Positions 18,676 to 27,886 of a stretch of DNA of 64,000 nucleotides are shown in pieces. The notes under the pieces are model-generated. The model made no database searches. It was not told where the DNA came from and was given only the letters and a program-made list of their open reading frames with translations. Origin of the DNA: Chloroflexota bacterium (GTDB lineage Bacteria > Chloroflexota > Anaerolineae > Anaerolineales > E44-bin32); assembly GCA_022561215.1 (NCBI GenBank), contig JADFRQ010000013.1, positions 653-64,652 of the forward strand. Direction: 5' to 3'. Each line of letters starts with the position of its first letter. Position 1 is the first letter of the stretch. Made by a program: the position numbers and the translations under genes.

Positions 18676-19875
18676 GTGCGCAGGAGCAGGAATTCCCCAG
18701 CGATTGAAATTGCCCTCAATCGAGCAGTTCCCCTAGGCCTTCTTTTTATGTTGGCTCTGTCGAGCTGTGGAGCAAATCTGCCCCAAGTTCCGAACCAGGA
18801 GCAACCATCTCCGCAGGAAATGCCTGATCAGGTGCCAAGTGACATTCCGCAAAAAAAACCTATTGTAGAGATTCCTTCGCTCACACCACCATCTGAACAA
18901 GGTGGGATAAACACATCATTTATCCGTGATAAGGTGACCGAAGGAAATGGAAACTGGCCCTTCGTACCACTCGACAATCCGGAATTTGTCACCGCCGATC
19001 AGGCCACGTATATCGGAGCTCTCGACCTTGTGCTCGGGGTCTCTTTGTATGGTGAAAGCAAGGCCTACCCCATCAACATGATGTGGTTTCATCATGTGGC
19101 CAATGACACGATTGGGGGTCATCCCATCGCGGTAACCTACTGAATAGTCTGTAGTTCAGGGGTTGGGTTCAACCCCGTAATCGATGGTCGAAGGTTGAAT
19201 TTTGAACTCTTTGGTCTCTACAATGCGGTGATGGTGATGAGCGACAGAGAGACGGGGAGCATATGGTCTCATATAGGGGGCACGGCCCTCTATGGGCCGA
19301 GCAAGGGAGCCCAGATGGAGCTGCTGCCACTCCAGCTTACAAGCTGGGAAAAATGGCTGGAGCTACATCCCGATACATTGGTCTTATCTAACGATACGCC
19401 TTATCAGGAATGGTACACCAACATAAGCCTTGGGAGTTCATCCCTGGGCCCCGAATTTGTCGCTAGCATTGTCTACTGGGACACGCGCCTTACGCACAAC
19501 CGCTTGGTTTTGGGTGTAACCGTTGATCAGGCATTCCGCGCCTATCCGCTCGACAGGGTTGCCGCCTCCGGCGGTGTTGTCAACGATATTTTGGCAGATC
19601 GACCTGTTGTTGTGGTGGTAGATGATCAGAGCGTATTCTCCATTGCGTTCTCAAGGGAGATAAACGGGCAAGTGTTGAACTTCGAACGTACAGGCGCAGA
19701 TTCTCTTCAACTCGTCGATAAAGAAACTGGTTCCATTTGGAACCTCGAAGGTCTTGCAATCGATGGGCCCCTGGAGGGAGAGTCTTTGTCCTTTGTCACC
19801 TCCTTCATCACCGAATGGTATGGTTGGTCCGCCTATCATCCCGAGACCGAAATCTACGCGATCGCGAATCCTTGA
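18676..19875 (+). CDS. DUF3179-family lipoprotein, candidate selenoprotein (in-frame TGA at 19141-19143)
   Basis: GTG start after an AGGAGAGG RBS; lipobox LALSSCG. ORFs 18676-19143 and 19195-19875 share one frame with no other stop between them. The junction reads PIAVTY-TGA-IVCSSGVGF...LYNAVMVMSDRETGSIWSH, matching the DUF3179 core (TYCPLC.SG...D.ETGS.WSQ, from memory) with TGA on the first Cys. Confidence 0.6.
19159..19176 (+). promoter_or_regulatory. SECIS-like hairpin downstream of in-frame TGA
   Basis: GGGGTTG-GGTT-CAACCCC: a perfect 7-bp stem with a GGUU loop, starting 15 nt after the TGA. Confidence 0.45.
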
Positions 19876-19955
19876 GATCTAGACGTTAACACCACTCACA
19901 TGGGCGCACCTCCCTCGGTATGAACCGGTCCCATCCCGAGGCATAAATAGTAGTA

Positions 19956-20319
19956 ACGTGCAATGCACCTGGAAATTCATGTCATCCTGGAGCGATCTCG
20001 CTGCGTAGGCCATCTCGCCCGCAGGTTTATCGAATTGCAATGATTTACCTGCGTAAATCCGTCTGAAGGTGTAATACCCGAAAGAGGAATGTCATCCTAA
20101 AGCGATCTCACAGGATAGGGGCCGGATTTCCCCGCCCGCAGTTTATCGAATTGCAATGGTTTACCTGCGTAAATCCGCCTGAAGGTGTAATACCCGAAAG
20201 AGGAATGTCATTCTGAAGCCTTTGCAGCGCAAAGGTTGAAGGATCTCGTTTTCCGAGATCAAATTAGTTGTCTTCCAGTGCGACCTCCGATCCCGAGCGC
20301 TTACCATTCAATAAATAAC
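19956..20319. repeat. composite intergenic repeat with internal tandem duplication (units 19981-20090, 20091-20206, partial 20207-20260)
   Basis: Two roughly 110-116-bp units each begin with GTCATCCT and contain TTTATCGAATTGCAATGRTTTACCTGCGTAAATCCGYCTGAAGGTGTAATACCCGAAAGAGGAAT. A third unit is a family A left half. Confidence 0.75.
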
Positions 20320-20382
20320 TTCGATCACCAGGGGGTTATTCTCCTGGGGTTCTTCCTCCCAGAGGGCTCGTACGCGCCCGCT

Positions 20383-21496
20383 TTATTCCTTTCGAAAGGA
20401 AAGTGGACTTGTGCGGGCTCCGGCCAGGTCGACCAGCTTCTCTGCCGTCTTGGCATACAGCTGCGTGGTGCGGATGCTGCGGTGGTTGAGGAAGCGCTGT
20501 ACCTGGTCGATGGGGACCCCTTCGCCGAGCATCTGCGTCGCCCGCCAATGACGAAAATCATGCGGGTGAATATGCGGCAGCCCCAGTTTTCGAACAGCAT
20601 TGTGGATCATGCGCCACACGGCATTGGATGAAAACGGTTTCCCACGGTACTCCGGCCGCGTGCGCGCGTGGCTTACAAAGAGCGCAGCTGCACCGGGATC
20701 GTTCCTTAATCCCAGATACTTGCGCATCGCTTCCAGGGTTGGCTCCGTGAAGCGCAGGATCACCTGTCGGCCGTAACGACCGCGGCCCTTGCCGCGCACA
20801 GAGATTTGCCAGATTGCCTGCGCGTTCAAGCGCGCTCCACGCACCTCATCCGCAGTGATGCGTAAAATTTCACTTACACGTGCCCCGCTATCCGCCAGCG
20901 CATAGAGCAGGCTTCTGTTGCGGCTGTTCTCCAGCCGCCTGCGATGCGCTTCTTTTAAAGGGAGATCATCCGCGATCTCGATGGCATCAAAGGCATGGAT
21001 CAGCTCTTCGATGCCCTCCGGCGGCTCCGGAGCAGAATCCCGTGATTGTGACATTGGAATGTAGGTGCTCAGCCTGCGCTGCGCCTTGCTGATTGCTGCT
21101 GATGCGGGAAAGCGCTCGTGGAGCAGGAGCTCATCAGCGAGATAGCGAAACCAGGAGATCAACGCCTGGCCGTACAAACGCACGGTTGCAGGTTCGAGAG
21201 GCAGCCCTGAGCCAGCAGGTGAGACCGACTTTTTTACCTCCTGCCCCAGGTAGTTGACAAACCAGGCCAGCATATTGACGTCGTTAGTGGAGGCGCCCAG
21301 CTCGGAGAGCAATCGCTCCTGCGGGGACGGGCCGGTGAAGGACAGGCTTGCGGATAACGGCGATCCTTCAAGAAAAGCATAAAAATGCTTCACCGCATAG
21401 CCGTAGGTCTGCAGCGATGCCGGACTGAGATTGCTTTGCGAACAGAAGGTAGCGAATGATTCTTTGAGTGTGAAACTGCGGTCAGTAGTCATCATA
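20383..21496 (-). CDS. tyrosine recombinase / phage-type site-specific integrase
   Basis: The catalytic set is visible: GARVSE (R), KGRG (K), HDFRHWRA (HxxR), LNHRSIRTT (H) and QLYAK (Y). I prefer the start at ATGATG 21496; the longest ORF extends to 21642. Confidence 0.85.
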
Positions 21497-21559
21497 ATTT
21501 TTGAATAGAGTGTGTTGCATGAAATGTTCCGTTGATTCAATTCTTTATGATTATCGTAC

Positions 21560-21678
21560 GGGCGAAGCACACGGCTAGCAGGCACTCGCCTTCCAGCTTG
21601 GGAGATTGGACAACTTCTGGTTGTTTTCCCAATCTCCTGCAAAGAGAAAACTCACTCCAATTTGAACGTGCTTCGCCC
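21560..21678. other. long-range inverted repeat enclosing a 14-bp hairpin, adjacent to the integrase 5' end
   Basis: GGGCGAAGCAC (21560-21570) pairs with GTGCTTCGCCC (21668-21678). The inner hairpin is GGAGATTGG-ACAAC-ttctg-GTTGT-tttc-CCAATCTCC (21601-21637). Confidence 0.35.
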
Positions 21679-21737
21679 CTACACATGTCCTCGAACCTAT
21701 TTACTCTTTGACCCATTCACATTTCAATAATTTCAGA

Positions 21738-24251
21738 TCATCTTCTTCTAAGAAGCAATCTCCCCTCTGCATTTTCAATCACCTGCTCGCGTGTCCAGAG
21801 CATCGGAACGTATTCGCCCTTCAACCAGGGTTTGACCAGGTCATCATAATGCCGATTTCCGAGATGGCCGGATTGGCCAGGTGGAAGGATGGCCATCGAG
21901 CGCGAGAAATCGCCAAGATCGATAATCTGACGGTAAGAAGGCCCCGCGGCTTTGGCCGCATACGGTTCATGCGGCAGCATCGCCATCTGGTTGGGTGTAT
22001 CCGTGTCGCCACCCATTGCGTAGGGGCCGCGGTTAAACACCCGGTCCAGCGGCTTGCGCATGCCCAGCGAATGGCCAAAGGTTAAACGATGAATTTTTCC
22101 CCACTTCCAGCGGTCGGGATTGCTCCCTAATGTTTCCCTGAGCCACTCGACAGTCTGCCGTATGCTTCTCGTGAGCAACGCCTCACGTCCGCCAGCCTGC
22201 ATGAGCCACCACGATCCGGGGTTCTGCAACGTGCGCAGCAGCATGCCCGTGTCGTGGCCGTAGAATTCATTCGTCGGGGCATACAGCGGGTGAAAACCCT
22301 TTCCCAGGGATTTTTCTAGCAGCTCAGCGGATAATCCTGATTCGAGCAGATTGTGCACCAGGGTGGTGCGCAGGACTTCGTAAAGCGCGCCGCCAACCGA
22401 ATCGACCGTGAGCTCACCATCCCAGTCCCGCAAGCGCTCGAGGGCCAGTTGAACATCGGCATTCTCGCTCTCCAATCCCTGTAGCTGCTCCATCAGTTCC
22501 AAACCCGCCAGGCTGGTGCGATCGTTCTGTATCCGGCGGAAATCATCGGCGGTGAGTTTGACATGTTCGCTTAATAGGTCCTCGATGCGCTGGGCACGAT
22601 AACCGTTCACCCAAACGTTGCCCAGGAAATGAGGGTAGTCGTCAGGAACGAGACGGTTATTGCAGGCGACAATGTGGCCCCCCTGTGGATTGAAAGAATG
22701 CGGCATTTCTTCAAAAGGGACCTCACCGATCCATTCGTATTCCCCCGTCCAGCCAGGAGCGGGGACGGAACCATCACCTTTTTCACGGATGGGGACCTTC
22801 CCTGTGACCCAAAAACCGATGTTGCCCCCCACATCGGCATAGGTTATGGCCAATTGGGGCGCCTCGATCAAACGCATGGCCTCGACAAAATCGTCCCAAT
22901 GCTGCGCCTGATTGAGCCGCAACCAGCCGAGGAACGCGCTTCCCGGCCGCAGGGCCATCGAATTCAAGGCGAGGGATTGTTTGCCATCGCCGATGACTTC
23001 GGAGATGATCGGCCCGTGATGGGTGATGATCACCTCTTCCAGGTGCGCGGCCTGGTTTTTCACCTCAATCGTCTCGTGCACGACCTCGGCTTTGCGCCAT
23101 TTGTTTTTGAACTGGTAGCGCGCAGGATCCTGGGGGCTCATGCGCTCGACAAAGAGATCCTCACAATCGGTAAATGCGAGCGCCATTCCCCAGGCAATTT
23201 GCGTATTATGGCCAACAATAACCAGGGGTAGGCCTGGCAGGCTTGCACCTGTCACGTTGAACCCGGCGCCGATAAGATGCGTTGCGTACCAGAGCGAAGG
23301 TAGTGACAATTTTAGATGCGGGTCATTGCACAAAAAAGGTTTTCCAGTGCTCGTCTTCTCTCCGGATACCGCCCAGGCGTTGCTGCCCATGCTGCGTTCC
23401 AGAAAAGGACCTTTCGATTTGCGCAGCGTCCCATCTGCGTCCAGCAGGTTGAATTCGATTCCATGGGGCATCGCCAGGGGATGGCCAGCAGTGTAGTTAA
23501 TTTCGAGTTCGGCGGCATGTTCCTCGCCGACTTCTTCCGCGATTTCTGCGCGCGCAATTTCGCTTGACCAGGCATGCGAAAGCTGCCAGTTCAAGACCCG
23601 GGCATAGGAGCTGCTGTCCTCCGGCGTCCACGGCTCCGGCCGATGCTTGAGCAGGGTAAATTCCAGCGGTAGTTTGCTGGAAGGACTCTCTATAAATGCA
23701 TTCACGCCCTGGCTGTAGGCAAGGAGGATTTCGCGCAATTCGCCGCTCAAGCCTTGCCAATCGTCGATCCCTAAGCGGTTGAACCCCAGGACACGCGAGA
23801 TGCGGTCTGTCTCCAGGGTAACCTCCCCAAAAATCTCGCTCAGTCGGCCCTGCGCAACCCGGCGATTGAGCTCCATCTGCCACAGACGATCTTGGGCATG
23901 CACAAAGCCCTGGGCAAAGAACAGGTCGTGCAAATTTTGGGCGTAAATATGGGGGATTCCCCAGCGATCGCGGATGATCTCAGTCGAGTGCAACAAGCCC
24001 TCAAGGGCCAGCGTGCCATGGATCAGGGGATGGCGCCGACGGCTAAGAAAGGTGAGGCCGGCTTTGGCAAATGGGGCAATGAGCGTGTGCAGTATGGACA
24101 GGATAGACTCCCTACTTACGGCGGACAGCAAAGGTGCACCTGGATACGTTTTCTCTTGGGCACATTGGGTTGATGCATTGTAGCATTGGCGCAAACATCG
24201 AGCTAAAACCCAGGGTGCAACGAGTAAAGCATAAGTGTTGATCCCAAACAT
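21738..24251 (-). CDS. penicillin acylase family Ntn-hydrolase (penicillin amidase / acyl-homoserine-lactone acylase-like)
   Basis: 837 aa. The SNAWAVSG nucleophile motif at the alpha/beta processing site is followed by CNDPHL, and overall length fits the family. Confidence 0.85.
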   Translation of the reverse strand: MFGINTYALLVAPWVLARCLRQCYNASTQCAQEKTYPGAPLLSAVSRESILSILHTLIAPFAKAGLTFLSRRRHPLIHGTLALEGLLHSTEIIRDRWGIPHIYAQNLHDLFFAQGFVHAQDRLWQMELNRRVAQGRLSEIFGEVTLETDRISRVLGFNRLGIDDWQGLSGELREILLAYSQGVNAFIESPSSKLPLEFTLLKHRPEPWTPEDSSSYARVLNWQLSHAWSSEIARAEIAEEVGEEHAAELEINYTAGHPLAMPHGIEFNLLDADGTLRKSKGPFLERSMGSNAWAVSGEKTSTGKPFLCNDPHLKLSLPSLWYATHLIGAGFNVTGASLPGLPLVIVGHNTQIAWGMALAFTDCEDLFVERMSPQDPARYQFKNKWRKAEVVHETIEVKNQAAHLEEVIITHHGPIISEVIGDGKQSLALNSMALRPGSAFLGWLRLNQAQHWDDFVEAMRLIEAPQLAITYADVGGNIGFWVTGKVPIREKGDGSVPAPGWTGEYEWIGEVPFEEMPHSFNPQGGHIVACNNRLVPDDYPHFLGNVWVNGYRAQRIEDLLSEHVKLTADDFRRIQNDRTSLAGLELMEQLQGLESENADVQLALERLRDWDGELTVDSVGGALYEVLRTTLVHNLLESGLSAELLEKSLGKGFHPLYAPTNEFYGHDTGMLLRTLQNPGSWWLMQAGGREALLTRSIRQTVEWLRETLGSNPDRWKWGKIHRLTFGHSLGMRKPLDRVFNRGPYAMGGDTDTPNQMAMLPHEPYAAKAAGPSYRQIIDLGDFSRSMAILPPGQSGHLGNRHYDDLVKPWLKGEYVPMLWTREQVIENAEGRLLLRRR

Positions 24252-24310
24252 TGACGACCCGAATGCCTGATGCTAAGGTCAGGATGAGAAAACATCCATT
24301 GGAGGGATCA

Positions 24311-24511
24311 ATGACAATCGCAAAAGTGATCGAAGTGCTTGCAGAGGGCTCGAGTATTGAGGCCGCAGTAGAAGCAGCCGTGAGTGAAGCGGGTCAAACC
24401 GTGCGCGGGATCAAACATGTGTATGTCGAGGCGATCCAGGCGATCGTGGAAAACGATAAGATCACCAAGTATCGCGTGAATGCTAAGGTGACGTTCGTTA
24501 TCGAGAGCTAA
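24311..24511 (+). CDS. dodecin family flavin-binding protein
   Basis: ATG follows a GGAGGG RBS. The 66-aa sequence AKVIEVLAEGSSIEAAVEAAVSEAGQTVRGIKHVYVEAIQAIVENDKITKYRVNAKVTF matches dodecin. Confidence 0.8.
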   Translation: MTIAKVIEVLAEGSSIEAAVEAAVSEAGQTVRGIKHVYVEAIQAIVENDKITKYRVNAKVTFVIES

Positions 24512-24580
24512 CCAGGCAACTCTTCCTCCATCCGTCTCATGCTCACATTTTTCTGAGAAGCAAATGGGTTCGTGATCGAT

Positions 24581-24599
24581 CTTTCCAGCGGCTGGAAAG
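24581..24599. terminator. putative bidirectional hairpin terminator between convergent genes
   Basis: CTTTCCAGC-G-GCTGGAAAG palindrome between the dodecin stop and the stop of the minus-strand oxidase. The T-tract is weak. Confidence 0.35.
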
Positions 24600-24649
24600 T
24601 ATTCTGCAATGCCCCATAGATCGCTAAAGTGCGCCGCTATCCTGAGCGC

Positions 24650-27556
24650 CTAATCCAGCGCGCTTGCCAAAATTTCTATTGGGTGCAGCGCCGCACGACC
24701 TGTCGTGTGGTTGATCTGATCGCGGCATGAAATGCCCGTGGCGGCGATGATCGCATCCTCTGAGGCAGCTCTTACAGCAGGCGCCAGCGACATCTCCGCC
24801 AGTTTGATCGAGAGATCGTAGTGCTCGGCCTCGTAGCCAAACGACCCCGCCATCCCACAGCAGCCAGATTGGATCAATTCGACATGCGCATTGGGGAGCA
24901 TGCGCAGCATGGCGATAGTCGAATCCGTCCCGAAAATGGCTTTCTGTTGGCAATGGCCATGGAAATGGATCGTGCGCGGCCGATCGCTCAGTGACAATTT
25001 AAAGGTTTCCTTTTCACGTTCTCCGACAAGAAATTCCTCGATCGGCAGCGCCATGCGGGCGACGCTCTTTGCTTGCGCCGTGGGGACCAGGCTCACATAT
25101 TCGTCCACCAGCATCGTCATACAGCTTGGTTCACAACCAACGATTGAGATCCCTTGTTCGGCATAGGGTGCTAGAAGGGCGATGTTATGCCGCGCCAGGC
25201 GCGCCGCCTCGTCGAGGAAGCCTTTGGATACCGCCGGTCGACCGCAGCATTGCCGTCGCTCGACGAGAATGGGCTCAAACCCCGCGGCTTCGAGCACGCG
25301 CACCGCAGCCCTTCCTACCTTGGGGTGATTGTGCTCCATAAAGGTGTCGTGGAAGAGCACAACTTGTTTCGACCCCGGAGCCTTCTGCCGTTGGCGAAAC
25401 CATCGGCTGAAGGTCTCGCGTGCCAAAGGGGGAATGGAACGCTGGGGCGCAATACCCAACTTTGTTTGCAACCAGCGCGTCGATCCGCCGAGGAGCAGGT
25501 TGGTTAGTGGTCGCAATGGCTGGCCAAGCTTATTTAAACGGGCGATATTGCCGAACACCCTGTCGCGTAGGGGAATGCCGTGTACTTGATGATAGTTATG
25601 CAGGAATTCGGCCTTTAACTTGGCCATATCGACGGCGGAGGGGCACTCGGCTTTGCAGGCCTTGCAGGATATGCAAAGGTCGAGGATCGGGTACAGCTCT
25701 TCGGAAGTCATCCCCTCTGGGCCAAGCAGTCCCATCATCGCCGACCGCAGTGCATTGGCCATCCCGCGCGTGCTGTAGGCTTCGTCTCGTGTTGCCTGGA
25801 ACGGAGGGCACATGACGCCCTGGCCATGCTGGCGGCAGACCCCCGAACCGTTGCACATCTCCACCGCGCCCGAAAAACCGCCCTCCTGTTGAAAGTTGAG
25901 CCGTGTGGATTGGGGCGCTAGTGGAACGGCGTAATCGCTGCCGAAGCGCAGATGGGTTTCGTCATCCATGCGCGGCACATCGACCACTTTCCCGGGATTG
26001 AACATCCCCTGCGGATCAAAAACTGCTTTTACATGGCGAAAGGCCTGGGTGAGTTCAGGACCAAAAAGGCGCTCCGAAAACTCGCCCCGCGCCAGGCCTT
26101 CGCCGTGTTCTCCGCTGGTCGTCCCTCCATACTCCATGACCAACGCCAGCGATTTTTCGGCAATTTGCCGCAGTTGGCGCAATCCCGTCTCCGCTTTCAG
26201 GTTGATCAAGGGGCGCACATGGATACAGCCCGCGCTGGCATGCGCGTACATCGCCACGCGCTCCACACCTACCTCTTTAGAAAAATTGTCAATCCTGCTA
26301 ACGTAATCAGCCAAATGTTCGACGGGGACCGCGGCGTCCTCGATGAAGGGGATGGGTTTGGCATCTCCGCGAATACTCATGAGGATGCCCAGTCCAACGG
26401 AACGTACAAACCAAACGTTGGCCTGCTGGCGCGCATCGCTGACCATGACGACTGGATCCTTATGCTTTAATTCGCCAAGTGTTTTCCGCAAGCGAGTGAT
26501 GCCGTGATCGAGGATCTGCTCAGTGTCCCCGGCGTACTCGACAAGCAGCACAACCACAGGATCGCCCTCGATAAAAGTCAATAATCGACGGTATTCGATG
26601 CGCTCGCGTGTGAGATCGAGCAGCATTTTGTCGAGAATTTCAATGGCGGAAGGCTCGCTTTCCAGGATTCTGGGCACTGCTTCGAGCGCCGCGCGCAGGT
26701 CGGAAAAGTGAACCATCGCCAGGTGTTTGACCTTGGGGGTGGGGACGAGGTTGAGGGTCGCTTCCGTGATCACCCCAAGCGTCCCTTCCGAACCGACGAT
26801 CAAGCTCGCCAGGTTGGGTCGGTTGCTGTCACTCAGAAGATTGAGGTTGTATCCGGCGACATTGCGGAAAGTACGCGGATAACGTGTGGCGATTTGCTCG
26901 GCATACTTCTCCATAAGCTGTGCAAGGGATCGATAAATGCCCCCCTCCAGGCCGGGCCGTTTGCCGCGCAAACCCCATTCATCAGGGTCAAAGCTGTCAA
27001 ACGTGGCGGAGGAGGCATCGCTGAGGATGACGTGGGCGTCGATGACGTGGTCGGCCGTCATGCCGTAGAGGATGGAATGGGCGCCGGTGGAATTGTTGCC
27101 CATCACGCCGCCAACGGTGGCGCGATCGGCGCTGGCGGGGTCGGGTCCGTACATCAAGCCGTGCGCCTGCAAGGATCGATTGAGTCGCCCGAGCGTGATC
27201 CCTGGCTGCGCACGCACCGTCTTCGCCGCAGGATTTATTTCCAGAACCTGGTCCATGTGGCGCGTGAAGTCGAGGATAAGTGCATGGCCAATGGCCTGGC
27301 CTGCCAGACTGCTGCCGCTGCCGCGTGGTAGCAGGGGGATATGGTGCCTGGCGGCGATCTCGACTGCCGCGCGTACATCATCGCTATTTTGGGGAAAGGC
27401 CACGCCGATGGGCATCATTTGATAAATGCTGGCATCCGTGCTGTACAGCAGGCGCGACATACGATCGAAACGAACTTCGGGCAACGCGGCCCGAAGTTCG
27501 TTGATTAATTCCTGGCTGGCTTCGATGTCTTGGGCTTGCGCAGAAAGTATGCTCAT
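24650..27556 (-). CDS. FAD-binding oxidase fused to 4Fe-4S and CCG domains (GlcD/GlcF-like, YdiJ-like 2-hydroxyacid dehydrogenase)
   Basis: 968 aa. The N-terminal FAD_binding_4-like region is followed by a ferredoxin motif (CISCKACKAECP) and a C-terminal CCG motif (SGCCGMAGSFGY). Confidence 0.85.
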   Translation of the reverse strand: MSILSAQAQDIEASQELINELRAALPEVRFDRMSRLLYSTDASIYQMMPIGVAFPQNSDDVRAAVEIAARHHIPLLPRGSGSSLAGQAIGHALILDFTRHMDQVLEINPAAKTVRAQPGITLGRLNRSLQAHGLMYGPDPASADRATVGGVMGNNSTGAHSILYGMTADHVIDAHVILSDASSATFDSFDPDEWGLRGKRPGLEGGIYRSLAQLMEKYAEQIATRYPRTFRNVAGYNLNLLSDSNRPNLASLIVGSEGTLGVITEATLNLVPTPKVKHLAMVHFSDLRAALEAVPRILESEPSAIEILDKMLLDLTRERIEYRRLLTFIEGDPVVVLLVEYAGDTEQILDHGITRLRKTLGELKHKDPVVMVSDARQQANVWFVRSVGLGILMSIRGDAKPIPFIEDAAVPVEHLADYVSRIDNFSKEVGVERVAMYAHASAGCIHVRPLINLKAETGLRQLRQIAEKSLALVMEYGGTTSGEHGEGLARGEFSERLFGPELTQAFRHVKAVFDPQGMFNPGKVVDVPRMDDETHLRFGSDYAVPLAPQSTRLNFQQEGGFSGAVEMCNGSGVCRQHGQGVMCPPFQATRDEAYSTRGMANALRSAMMGLLGPEGMTSEELYPILDLCISCKACKAECPSAVDMAKLKAEFLHNYHQVHGIPLRDRVFGNIARLNKLGQPLRPLTNLLLGGSTRWLQTKLGIAPQRSIPPLARETFSRWFRQRQKAPGSKQVVLFHDTFMEHNHPKVGRAAVRVLEAAGFEPILVERRQCCGRPAVSKGFLDEAARLARHNIALLAPYAEQGISIVGCEPSCMTMLVDEYVSLVPTAQAKSVARMALPIEEFLVGEREKETFKLSLSDRPRTIHFHGHCQQKAIFGTDSTIAMLRMLPNAHVELIQSGCCGMAGSFGYEAEHYDLSIKLAEMSLAPAVRAASEDAIIAATGISCRDQINHTTGRAALHPIEILASALD

Positions 27557-27886
27557 GGGTTTAATCAGCGGGGATTATTTCTTGTTGGTAATCCAGCGGG
27601 CTCTCTTCCCGTTGGCATTATCATAACGCATATCGTGCAGCAAATTCGATCAGTGGGGTGAATGGGGAGAGTTTCTACATCCGGGTCTAACTTCGCGTCT
27701 CCGTTGACGAACATTTCCCCCAAACCCGTGATCAGAACCCCCGGGGGCTAGCTTAATCCCCACGCCCGCAGTCCGCGTCCCTCTCGTGCGCATAGCCAAT
27801 AATACTGCGCGATTTTATGGCGGTCGTTCGGTTGTGATCGAATTTCTCAATGTATAATTGCGCAGACTTCCTCGAGGGGATTACGT

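Noticed and set aside
19981-20260. CRISPR array.
   Set aside because: The repeat units are about 110 bp and directly abut each other with no unique spacers. No cas genes lie nearby.
18164-21496. Integron: a tyrosine recombinase with repeat-flanked gene cassettes and attC-like imperfect palindromes.
   Set aside because: The repeats lie at the 3' end of the integrase gene, not upstream of its 5' end where attI and the cassettes would be. The same palindromic elements are scattered across unrelated intergenic regions. I see no integron-integrase-specific insertion.
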